Source: Auanema rhodensis
Taxonomy: Eukaryota; Animalia; Nematoda
Reading direction: 5' to 3'
DNA length: 64,000 bases
Assembly (NCBI GenBank): GCA_964057225.1
Contig: OZ059894.1
Span: 6,882,001-6,946,000 of the forward strand
Under the pieces are notes generated by a model. That model was not told the DNA's origin and ran no database searches. It saw only the letters and a list, made by a program, of their open reading frames with translations. The position numbers and the translations under genes were made by a program. This document shows positions 9,759 to 22,268 of the stretch, one piece after another; the stretch's first letter is position 1; every line of letters begins with the position of its first letter.

Positions 9759-9814
9759 TACGGATCTGCTGTTTCGCAAAAATTAATTAGTACACAGATG
9801 TAGTTTGAGGGTTA

Positions 9815-10020
9815 TGTAGCCGCCTTCGGTCGCTTGCTTATTCGGGAGTTCGCCTTCTAGCAACCTCATGGACGGCTTGTAGTTTAGTCTTTATACTTAT
9901 ACTTATCTTATTGTATTATAACTCACTAATTGTATTGTAATGTTGATGTTTCATGTATAATAAACCTTTCTCTAATATCTTATGATTCACCTTATGCTCT
10001 CTATATTCCTTACCGCTACA
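9815..10020 (+). mobile_element. Candidate solo or partial LTR of a third element
   Basis: TGTAGC...GCTACA ends, and an AATAAACCTTTCTCT stretch identical to the poly(A) region of the element B LTR. No TSD found. Confidence 0.4.
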
Positions 10021-10040
10021 CCAAAGAATACTACTTATTA

Positions 10041-10122
10041 TTATTAGAATCACGCTCTAACGGACCCCTGCTGGCGGCAAAATATTTTTGTTTTACCTTC
10101 TATATTGTTCAAAACTTGATTT
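10041..10122. pseudogene. Rearranged tRNA-Ile remnant (two fragments in opposite orientation plus inverted spacer)
   Basis: 10041-10061 matches the minus-strand anticodon/D-arm part (19 of 21 nt). 10063-10079 GACCCCTGCTGGCGGCA is the tRNA 3' end on the plus strand, followed by a diverged inverted copy of the array spacer. Confidence 0.8.
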
Positions 10123-10393
10123 TAGACTTCGAAAGGCTACAAACTGATTTTATATAGCTATATTAAATTAATTTTTTGATTATAATAGGCTTAAAAATTG
10201 ATTTATGAATTATTATGCAATTAATCGAATGAATTGATTTCTTTACTATCAGATAAAATCATTGAAAATATTCTGTACAATTGGTAAATTATGCTGTTTC
10301 GAACTCTATGTATAGTTAGCAAATAGAGTACTGTAGAAGATCAGTATAGAAGGTATTCGGATTAGTTCTAATCCTTTACGCCATTAATTCCTA

Positions 10394-13300
10394 TTATGGC
10401 TCAGATGCTTTACGAGCAACTGATGTTTTCGTAAATTGTATTATTTTCTTGAACGGATTGAGTGCAGCTATTTGTGATTTTCTTCGTCTTAGTGCAGAGC
10501 GTAAGCCAGTATCTAAAAATATCATTAAATTCCTTTTCAGTCACCAAAACTAACCATCATGTGCGTGATCTTCATGTACAATTCCATTTTCAATTTCAAG
10601 GGGCAGGACGTGTGAATGACTACGTTTTCGTCTAAATATTGAAACTACTTAACAATGTTGTTTCTAATCTGTTCACATACTTAGATGCGGTTATTGGTAC
10701 ATGTGGATTGGCATCAATAGAGAAGTGAAGAACCTGCGACGAAACAGATGCAGAATACGGCCGACACGGCTCATCGGCATAAAGCTGTAAGTCTTCATAA
10801 TATTGAGGTGTTCTTGTTCTTTTTATTAATTAAATGTTGGCAAACACACCGCTCGTATTTCTTTGCGCCTAATTTCAGGAGCTGGAGGAGGTGGTGATGA
10901 GGGTAATATTCGGTAATGCTCATCTGATTTCACGAGAGCCAGATACCCGTATCCTTCAGTAGCCTGAAAACCAAATGGTAAACTTGTGGAGAATGATGAT
11001 GTGAAGTACCTGTTCCAATTGAGTGGCGAATTGTGCTTCTAATTCTCGGAATGATGGTCTCTCACTTGGATTTTCATGCCAGCATTTAACCATCATTTCT
11101 CCACTACAATTCAAATCAAGATTAATATTTATATAAATAAAACTCACATTCGATCATTAGCAAGTAATGGCTTGATTGGCCGATTGCCAGCTTGAAGATG
11201 ATTAGCAACATCAGTGACATCTATATCCTTGAAAGGTGATTCACCCCATGAATACATTTCATATAATAGCATTCCGAATGACCATCTGAAATGAATTTCC
11301 AACAAATATTCAAATTCTGATAAAGTAATCTCACATATCTGTTTGAACTGAAAATTCTCTTCGAGCCAAGGCTTCTAAGGCTGTCCATTTAATTGGTAAT
11401 TTGAGATCATTTGGTGCAATTATCTTATCAGAATCCAATTTCAATGCTAAACCGAAATCACTAATCTGAAAATTTTGGAGATCTAACCTTAAAGAGAAAA
11501 AAAGTACTTTTGCTGTTTTGATATCTCCTACTCCAGTAATCAAAATATTTCGAGCAGCTAAATCACGATGGACTACCTTCTTCTCACCAAGATATTCCTG
11601 TTAGAATATTTTCTTTAGAACTAAAAAGTAATTTAAACAAACCATTCCTTGTGTTATTTGATGACTAAATGTCAAAAACTTTTTTGTAAATTCCCAAGTT
11701 TCATCAATTGATTTAGTCTGAAATAGATTTTTTAAAATTTTGATTTATAAATAAATGAAAAACTAACTGTATCTATGTCCAACTTGGATTGTTTCACAAA
11801 TTTCAACAGATCTTTGAATGGACAGAACTCAAGTACAAGCTTACAGAATGTTGATGATGTTATACATCCAAGCATTGTTACTATATGATCATGATAACCT
11901 ATGTGCTTCATCTAATATTATATTATTTGTTTTTCAAAAAATAATTATTCTTATGTAACATACAATATTAATTTCTTTGAGAAATGTTTCCCTGGCAGCT
12001 AATGGAACAAGTTTAACTACACATTCGACATCAGTAAATCTATCCTTCTCTTCTGGTAAATAATGAGCAATAGCAGGTGAATATCCAATAAGTTTAGCTG
12101 AAAATCATCGAAAATGTCTTTAATTTTGAATTTATCAAACCAATGTTAACACTTCCTTGTACACCTCTACCAGCAAGTTCATTCTTTACTATCAGATGTT
12201 CTTCAGATAATTCATAATAATCAAACCTATCAATGCTTGTGTTAGAGCATAAGCTTCAAATCTTAAAAACTTACTCTAACTCTTCATCAACAACTTCTTC
12301 TTCAGTATTTTGAACATTATTTCTGAATCTAGCTATCTTTTCCATCCAAATGTATTTTCTTCGATAAAGAATTGTTACAATGACGAGAAGAAGCACAACA
12401 CCAGCACATGCTCCAATAACAATAAACATAATTGTTGAAAAGCTTGCTTCTAAAAGAAATCATAATATTAGAGAATTGTTTGAAATACTCTTACTACTCT
12501 TTTTCGAACAAATTTGTATTTCTTCATTCTTATTATTACTGAAATCTGGATCAGAATGTACATGAGCTGGACTATATGTTTCATTCTTGTAAATGTCTGC
12601 TGCTAACTGAAATGTAAATGAAAAAAAACTTGTATGTTTTTAATGAAAAGGTATACCGTATCAAAGCAATAAATTTCAAAATCAAAACGTCCAAGAGATC
12701 GAATAAGACTTTCGTCTGTATGAAGAGCATCAATAAAATTCTGAAAAGAAACATTGAAAAACTGAATGAGAAGAATATTATGAAGACCTGGGATGCAAAA
12801 TCTGTAAGCAATGTAAGCTTCGGTTCGCCAATCTTCAAGTTTTGACTAATAGGTATGGCAATAGCACGTCGAACAAGTTGCAACGTTGTATTTTCATAAA
12901 CATCAATAGCTCGAGCTAAGATTAATAAGATGTAAATTATAATTTTTATAAATTTCATTCATACAAGCATCTAAAAGGACTTCTTCACTTCGTAGACTTT
13001 CCAAATGATTTTTGATGGAATTATAATTATCTAGCCAATTAGAATCCGAGTTATCCCGAGCTAAAAATCGTACCAAAATCTTGTCTTTATCACTCTGAAA
13101 TATTGAATTAAATGAAAAATTAGAAAAGAAATATTTGAAATATACCAAGCAATCTCGTAATGGATCCAAAACATAGTTAATTGCATTATTAAATTGATCT
13201 TGAGTTGTTCGATTAGAAAGAGCAAATAGATAGATGAAATGAGAAAAATCAGCAAATTGGCTACTTTCCTGAAAAAAAAGTTTTTTTCAAAAAAAAAATA

Positions 13301-15420
13301 ATGTTATTGAGAAGACTACGAACCGTTGATAACGGCAAGATGTTTTGATCTGTTGTTGTTGGTACAGTATGGCTTGTTGGAGGTGGGCAGTGTGTGAGCT
13401 CCTAATGTAAAACATAGAATGTTCAATCAAATTATCAACAATTCATACCTGAGATTCGCAATCCGTGAAGCTTTTTGGTCCACATGGCTTAATACATTGC
13501 TAAAATACAAAGTATTCAAAAGAAACAAAAATGAAATAATTTAATTTAATATGCAAACACTAGAAGCTTACATCCAAATTTGGAAGACAGTTGAAATCTG
13601 GTACTGAATACAGATTAGTTGTAAGATTTTTATATGAATTTTCAAGAAGCTCATTAGTTATAGCTGGATTTCCGACAGCTATAATAGTAAAAGAGATACA
13701 TCCAAAGTTGACAACTTGTTTTATATCCTAAAACAACTCAAAATAAAAAACTTAAAACTTGAACTTGAATACCTCTGGTAATCCATCTTGATAATTAAAT
13801 ACACGTTGAGTTAATAAAACTACATTATTATACAAACATTTCGTTTGTTTAGAAGCAAACGCTTTGAGCTAAAAACAAATAAAATTCAATAAATTCTAAA
13901 CTATATAAATCGATGAAAGTTGAAGAGCATATTAAAAAATATTAAAAAAAAAAAATTTTGATGAAACCTATTTAGAAAATAAAAATTATTTTTGAGTTTA
14001 AAATTATTTTTTTTGCCTTTGAAGGCTTACTCTTAATAGAAATAGTAATCTACGAATTGAGTTCAATTCATGAATATAGTTGAATAATTAACAAAAGTTG
14101 AAACAAAATGCTGTTCAAGTTGTATATGCTTGTGAAAAAATAATTTTATTTTCTTAGTAGATAAACGCGGTTCGTTTGAACTCGTTAATACTTTTGCTTT
14201 TACTTTCTAATCTTATCTCCATATTGTGCATCAAAATAAAAAAAAGAATAAGATAAGATATTTGAATTTCAAGAAAGTTTAATATAATTTTAATTTTAAT
14301 TAATTTATATAACATATTCTATTTTTGCAGATTTAATTACGTTTTTCGTTGAGTTATTTCGGATATTAACTGTAAGAAACTGACAACATGTTGATAAGAT
14401 TGATAGATGTTCTGAACTGTTAACCAGAAACGTTTTTATCTTCATTCATAAAAAATATAAATTTGCAAAAACGCCCTAGTTATATGATACTTTTGATATT
14501 CATATCAATATCAATATAATAATTAATATTAGTTTGAGAATATTTAAAATATTAAAAATAAGTTTGAAACTTACATCTCCTAATAACGCATAAGTAAAAT
14601 TCCCATTTGCTGGATCATCTTGTACAGTATTCATTGAACTATATGTTCCAACATTATCATTATAATCCATGAAAGCTATTTGATATCCACATGCTTTCTC
14701 TTCGCAGCATATCGTTTGAGTGTTATTCTGTAAGAATGATCAAGATGATATATGATTTGATTTTTTTCTGTATAATTGAGTGAATACAACTATCTATACT
14801 ATACAATGAGTAAAAAGGATTTGAGTTAAACTAACTGAATTAAACATTGAATAGAAATAAGATCTATATCCTATACCTCGGATCATGCATGTACCTACCA
14901 TACCCTAGACAATTGAGTTTACAAAATAAATAAAATATTTATAATAATTAAATAAACCTTAATAAATAGTAAAACATTTCCATAATTCTGTTCGCTTGTT
15001 AATCTTTGGTCTAAGTCAAGTATTACTGCTATACTACAATCATGTTTAATCTGATGATGAGACATAAATATAAAAGAAATATTTGATAATAACAATTACA
15101 AAATTGCTTCCTGCAGAAGATACGTTCCGAATTGGAGGTACTGATATCTTGGAATAAGCATCTGCTGTACACATATCTTCTTCATTCCAAACCGGAGGAT
15201 TTTCCGTTCCGTCAGAAGCTACAACTTCAAAATATTTTTACAAATTCAACAATATTCGTTACGAACTCATGTGCAAACGTATACGATAACCTTTGAAAGA
15301 GAGCTCTCTACCTGAATGGAGCAAACTACAAACATTTTCAATTTTAAACTACGGAAATATCTAAGAAGATTTTGATAATTTTAAGGAAATTTCAACTAAC
15401 AATCTTATACATTTGCACAT
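10394..15420 (-). CDS. Receptor tyrosine kinase, multi-exon; 5' end uncertain
   Basis: GRGVQGSV loop, [52 protein letters not shown] segment [26 protein letters not shown] at ~12360-12435. Extracellular exons extend to at least 15220. Confidence 0.88.
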
Positions 15421-18175
15421 GGTTATAATAGTTTATACATATACATAGACATAGACATAGATGAAGTTGAAACAAACCACAAAATTGTGAAGCAGCTAGT
15501 GGTGCACTTAACATTAATAATAGAAATATTGAACGAGTACAGTTCATCTTTTAGTTATATTATTGGGCATAAATCTAAACAGTTTTATATAATATATAGA
15601 GAATTGAATAAAATAATTTTCAGTAAAATAAATAGAAAATATTAAATTAGAAATAATAAGTTGATTAGAATGCAGATCTGTTAGATCTATTAGGAAGTAA
15701 CTATCATGAAAAATAAAATAAAAATTATATTGAAATTATAAGATAAACTGTCTAATATTATTAAAATAATAAGCAGATTACGTAGTATAAAGTGATAGCA
15801 CAGGGCATAAATAAAAACTATTTATACTATCAAAATATAAATAATAATCATAAGTTTAGACGAATAATTCTATGAATTATAAGCTTTCATATATAAGATA
15901 ATTGAAATTATTTTTATATAATATGTTTAACAATACTGATCAATATTAAATAATGTCTAACCCTTTTAGCATGTTCTAGTTCTCTGGAGCAATTGATAAG
16001 AAACCAAAATGGATGGAAAAAGGAGTTCTCGTGAAAAGATGTACCATTTTTCTTATTTTGTTACCATTTTCTTTTCTTTTTAATTATCATGTGATATTTT
16101 AAAATGTATATATTTTGGTCAAAATGAATAATGAAAATGTAATATTTAAAATCAAAAAAGAAAAGAAAAACAATTAAAAGATTTGTTTTATTTTTCTTTT
16201 CAAATAAAAAAAGTATTCAAATTTCTTTTTTTTTTAGATTTTACAAAATGTTCTTTTAATTAGAAAATAAATTCTAACTAATGAACACATTAGCTATACA
16301 AGTTCTTCACGTTTTTCACGTATTTCACGTTTCTGTACGCATTATTTTACTTTATTTTCTATTTCATTCAAACGCTTATACGGTTGCATTTATGAAAATA
16401 ATATTTCAATATAGAAAATTAAAGTAGAGTTTATGCTCAGAGATTCAAAATTTTAGAAAATTATGAATATAAGAACAAGAACATGGAGGAGGAGATCATC
16501 GTAAGATACTCAAAAAGTGATATTAAATAGCCAAATAATTATAAATATATATATATATATATATGTTGTTAATATGGTAATTTGAGTCAATTATGAATTA
16601 GAGATCAATACGTGTATGAAGAAATCTGGAAGAGTTTTGGATGCTATGTTGATAAGATGAATCGTAAAAGTTATATCACTGCAACACACACTATGAGCTC
16701 AAGCATAGGGTTTAACATGGAAAAAATATTTTCCAAAAATAGTTTTTACATTGAAATTATATAAAAATGATTGAAACTTCAAAGAAACAGTATGAAAGGA
16801 AATGTCGGAAAAGCGTAGAAACTACGTTTTCAGATTATAACGAAAGCTTTATCTTTCATTCAATCAGAAATTATTGATTAACTGAATGGATATTGCCCAT
16901 CAAAAAGTAATTATAGATAACAAGGTGTAGATGATGAAGACGAAGACATTGAAATACATATTCTATATGCTTTTATTATAAAAATTCCAAAAAAGTAATC
17001 AAGAAATTACTAAAATTTCAAAGAGGATTGAGATTGAATGATTAATTGAGGAGAAAAAGCTCATAAAAGCTCTTGTGTAAGAAAAATCGAGAAGCTATGG
17101 GGTTTACATGCGGTTTGTGTGAAATTATTAACAGTTGGCGCCAATTATAAAAGTATTGACTGTTAAGGATTTTCATGAGAAATAGCTGTAGAGCAATGTA
17201 TTATTTCGAAAGCTTCTAGGATTCTATTGAATGTCACACGATAATATTAATTATATGTCATACATAAAGTGTAATAAAACAGTGTGAAATGAAGAAGACA
17301 AGTTCTGAGATGAAAAGCTGCCGATATGATTCATAAAGGTCATCATCTCTGAATTAATTTTCTCTTAATACTGTGCTTAATGGTGATGATTCAACGAATT
17401 GTAATCAAAACTAATTAATACAAATTTTTATATCTAAAAAATATATAGAAAGCTCATAAAATTGAAATTGAGACAAAATTATAAAACATGGAAAAGGCGT
17501 CAACGAATTAGAGGTGAGTTTAAGCCCGATTGGAATTTCAACGATTAGGAGTACTTTCAGAAATTGCAAGAAATCACAAAGCATGCTAAATATTAAGAAA
17601 AATAATGAAAAAATTCAGAAGAAGTGGTAATATTACATCTGAGTCATGGGTAAAATAATTCGTTATCATGAAGTATACGTAAAGCTATCTGAAGGCTATA
17701 AAAGTTATCGTTTTTCAAATTGATGAAGGGGGAATGTGGAAAGGTAGGGGGGCTATACAACAGAAATGAATGTGAGTTTATTGATTTCATTATTCATCAA
17801 AAAAATATAAAAAATCAAAAATGATTTATAAAAATATTAATATTTATTGTTTCGTTACAATTAGAAATAAGAAATTGGGCTTTGTGTCATATGAATCAAG
17901 TTGGGATGGATAAGTTACAAAACGTTAATTGTTTTGAAGAAAAAAAAATGAAATAATAGTACAATTACAAATAAAATGAAAAAAGATATTTAACATTAGT
18001 TTGTCATTTAAGAATTTAAAAGAAATTTTTGAAAAAAATGTTTAAATTAGAATTTGAATAAGTAAAAGAGAAGAAGGATTATTATATATCATGCTAAGCT
18101 TGACATTGAAAAGCTATGTGAGATAAGTACGGAGTTATTCATGACTTTCAGGTTTTTGTCTAATAGTTGCTCGTC

Positions 18176-19965
18176 TTAGAAATTAGCAGAATCATTTTTT
18201 GTCTACAAAGAAGTATTAATAGACAATTAATAATTTCAAAAATATTTCAATATGTCTACCTCAACCGATGTATTCACCACAATTATGCTTCTGGCAGCCT
18301 TGTCTTCAGCCGCCGATTTACAGCACCTGCAAGTAAGTACTATTCATTCAAATGACAGTCTGAATTTTGAACAAAAAAAGAGAAAAAAGAGAGAAAAACA
18401 TTCATACCACCAGGATACAGCTAGTAAACCAATGATATTCAATATAAGAACAGTTATCATAAATCCCATGTATGAAATAGCTACCAAATCCCAACCATGA
18501 GATTTGGATTCCGCTCGAACAACTTTTGGTAACAAAAGCTGAACAAAAAAAAGTTTTAAGAAGATATTATTATTTTCCTACTTCTTTAATAATCTGTTCA
18601 CCTTCTACATAGTTTGAGCTAATTTGTTGTCGCATTCTAGTTGCTAGAAGAATTCTCATTTTGGCCAAGAAATCTTCATCGAAGCGAATTTCATCCAACT
18701 AAAAAAATTTTTTAAAAATCAGTCAATTCAACTAAAAATTTGAAATTTTTGTTTCAAATGACATACAAACCATACTATCAGAAACATAAATCTCACTGAG
18801 ATTTAGTATAAAAACGAATTTATAAAAAATATTTGAAATAAAACGAATTAGATGTGCCACTTACTAGTTTAGGAATAACGAATTGACGGCAATCAGATGG
18901 TATAGCACTTCGGAATATGGCATCAATATTATTAGAATTATCTCTGATTTGTCTTGATAATACATCTAAAGGACGTACAACCATTTCCTATAATATTATC
19001 TTTTTCTATTCACATTATTCCATTCAAAAGTAAACATACGACCACTTTACTTCCACTAGATCCACAAAACTTATTGAAATCACGTCGGATACATTTCAAA
19101 TAACATGATAATGATCTGAAATGTATAATAATGACTATAATGCACATCTACTAATTGTGGATATAATACAGTTGCCGTTGATGTCTGTTAAGCAAAAGCT
19201 AACAGTGAGTTGCAAACCTTGAGAACCATAAAACACTCACAATCAATGTGAAACAGAGGAAAGATAAGATAAATTAAATAATGAATTTGATAACTATAGG
19301 TACTTACTTGCATGTTATTCCAGCATGTTTAAGGATATCAATACCGTTTGATCCACGCATAATAGCCATCTGTACCTGTTTGGATGACATCATGTCTGTT
19401 AAACTATCATTTAAGCGACAAGTTGACTCGCAATCACCATCTAAATTAAAAGAAAAATTATTAAAATTAAACGTTTTCATTCAAAAAATATTTCACACAC
19501 CTAATGTCATTCGTTTCTCGGTGACAAACACCTTGATACAAGGGAGGAATGTTTGAAAAGCTTCGTACTCATCGTTACAAGCATACCGAATGCCTGATGT
19601 CAAATCATCATACAATTCAGAATGTAAAGAACATTTAGGAGAAGCTGTTACACAGGCTCGAGATGAACGATATGAACTCAAAAAAATATTCTTAAAAAAA
19701 CCATATACTGTAAGCTTACGTGCAGATTCTTTCGAATAATGGAGAACTGAAAGGTGAAACAATGACCTCATCAAGTTGGTGAAGAACACTAGCAGAACAG
19801 GCAATAATACAATTAGGAAATCCAACAGAAGAAACCAAATTTGAAATAGGACCTACACGTAAGAAACATGAAAATTCTGGAATAACTCACAAATTTACCT
19901 TTGAAGCTCTGTTTAGCTGCAGCAAAAACAGTTAATATTTGGAAAATTAGTAGAAACACTCGCAT
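18176..19965 (-). CDS. Cysteine-rich CPG4-like domain type I membrane protein, multi-exon
   Basis: Signal peptide MRVFLLIFQILTVFAAA; Cys pattern C..AC...ICTSYRSSRACV...C...LTSGIRYAC...LPC...CESTC...C..LSCYLKC...C; C-terminal TM FMITVLILNIIGLLAVSWW; GT-AG introns. The last exon is uncertain. Confidence 0.75.
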
Positions 19966-20865
19966 GATCAGTGATTTGGAAATCAAAAAAAAACATTCCT
20001 TTACACCTTATTAGATTCCTGACTATTACATGTTTGACCTCATATGTCTTTTTGATTAAACTACATTTGTAAATGAGCAAAGTTCAACTTAGGTAATTGC
20101 TCATCATTTGATCAAAAAAAAAAGAAAAGAATTGTCTTCTTGAATCCAAGGTTTTCAGCAATTTTTTTTTCTATTTTTATGTAAATTTTGAATGTGAAAC
20201 AAGCCAAAAATTATAAATTTATTGGTTTTATATATGTTGAATTCATGGTTCTTTCCAATATATTTTCATTTTTATTTCATCATCTTTTTTCGTATATCGT
20301 TGAATTTGTATACGAATATCCATGGTGATTCTAAAAAGGTTTAAGGTTTAAAAGCTAGCTTTGATAGTTCATCTATGAATTGTTAAAAACGAAACTATTC
20401 TACTGAATAATATATGTAAAATAGAGTTAAAAGAAAGAAAAAATCTATATTATTTAAAATAATAAAATATTTTTTTATTCAAATATTTTTAAAATAAAAA
20501 TCAAATACTATACATGTTTATATATTTTTATACAAAATCTCATAAATGATTGTCCGTTAGCTGACCATTATAAACGAACTGTTGAACTTATGAATACATA
20601 TCTATCTATCTATATTCTTTGATATTTGCTTGAAAACTGTTTGCTTATTGTTAAAACGTCTTTTACTATATATTCATGATTTGACCCATAGATTGAAAAG
20701 CTTGCTTGTAGTGTGTTACGTTTTCTTTGAAGCAGACCATTCTCATCATCACTAGGTTGCTTCACTTCTCCTAGATACCTGGTTGCGACGGACAACAAAT
20801 TACTGAACACGACGTGTTCGTTCCAGCAGATACTCTTCAAACACATCTGAGTTCTTGTACTAAAA

Positions 20866-21543
20866 ATGAGTTTTCGCTCAACATTGGCCATCTGTTTCAT
20901 ATCACTTCTTATTCTGGATAATCGTTGTGGTAAGTATATTTTATAGTTTTATAAATTTTTGAAGCAATTCTAGCTGAAATTCATATAAATTTGATAATTT
21001 CTCTCTGAAGTACATGTTTTTTCTTCTTAAAAAAGGGAAAAATTTATGTTTTTATGTATTAAAATTATATTTATGTAATGTTTAAGATGCTCTACGTTGT
21101 CAAGTAATGAATACTATACAAGGTATTACTGCTCAAGATTGTCCAGCTCATATCTTTGAATGTATGAAATTTGTGTGCAGACATGGAAGATGTAAGAATT
21201 AATATTATATTAATACAATAATTATTTTATTTTTCTATCTTACAGCTGAGCAAATCTATAAAGGGTGTAATGATCCAGCTAATCCACCTGTTTCATATCC
21301 TATCCTTCAGGTATTTTTATTTCTTTAAATCCAAATAATCATAAAACCATATTTTTAAACTCAAAGAATCTTTATTTTCTCTCTTTTATTATCAAGTATC
21401 ATATGAAATTTCAGCAAAACTGTGCAAATATGGGAGGAAATGGAAAGCAATATCTATGTCGTTATGAATTCTGTAATAGTTCTCGTGCAACATCTGTTAT
21501 TTTCTTAATCACAACGTTACTTCTATTTAAATCTTTTGTATAG
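20866..21543 (+). CDS. Small secreted or GPI-anchored Ly6/uPAR (three-finger)-like protein, 4 exons
   Basis: Spliced translation MSFRSTLAICFISLLILDNRCDA-LRCQ...DCP...ECMKFVC...IYKGC...NC...LCRYEFCN-SSRATSVIFLITTLLLFKSFV*: signal peptide, LxC start, C-x4-CN end, hydrophobic tail. Not in the ORF track. Confidence 0.82.
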
Positions 21544-22206
21544 ATTTTGTATTTACTTTTCAGTTTTTTCTTTTTTTTTTCTTATTGGAAAACTTTACAG
21601 GATTGAACCCCCTTATCATATTTTATTCTCACTCCTCTTCAAACCTCCTCCCCCTCCCTCCTCTCTCTCTCTCTCCCTCTGGCACTATTTTACTTATTCC
21701 TAGTTTAGTTTTGCTTATTTTTCATTTTCATTTGCCATAAACTATATTTTTTCAATGAAGAAACCCATAATAATAACAAATATATATATTTTTTTAAATA
21801 TAATAAATATTTTTATTATTATTATTATAATTCTTATACTTTTTTTTGTATTTTTTATGTGTATTGATGTTGTTAATTTTATATTTTATTCTTTATTTTT
21901 CAATATTTTCGTGTTTGTATGATGTTCGAATGCTTAGATTTCAAATAATAAACACATCAAAGGGAATATTTGAAGTTTTACTCATATCTTATTCGAGGTC
22001 AGCTCGATGGATTTTCAATAGAAATCCCAATTATGTGGTTGACAGCCTGAATATGAGGTGGAGAGTGAAAATGGTCAATTATCTCGATGCCGTGTGTCAT
22101 CATCAACTAACGGTTCTCACTTCACCATATTAGCTTAATCATTCAGTTAATACTATTCAGAAAATATAATTAACTATATAGCATTATCAATTCAATTGAA
22201 TGTATC

Positions 22207-22209
<3 letters not shown>

Positions 22210-22265
<56 letters not shown>
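22210..22265. repeat. (TC)n microsatellite
   Basis: About 28 perfect units. Confidence 0.95.

Positions 22266-22268
<3 letters not shown>

Noticed and set aside
9470-9780. Regularly spaced repeats as a CRISPR-like array
   Set aside because: The repeats are tRNA genes and the spacers are near-identical; the context is eukaryotic.
18252-18500. Plus-strand ORF with a signal-peptide-like start and a GTAAGT donor
   Set aside because: Better explained as the antisense of the terminal exons of the minus-strand CPG4-like gene (…TTGCAG|G TGC TGT AAA… continues its frame).
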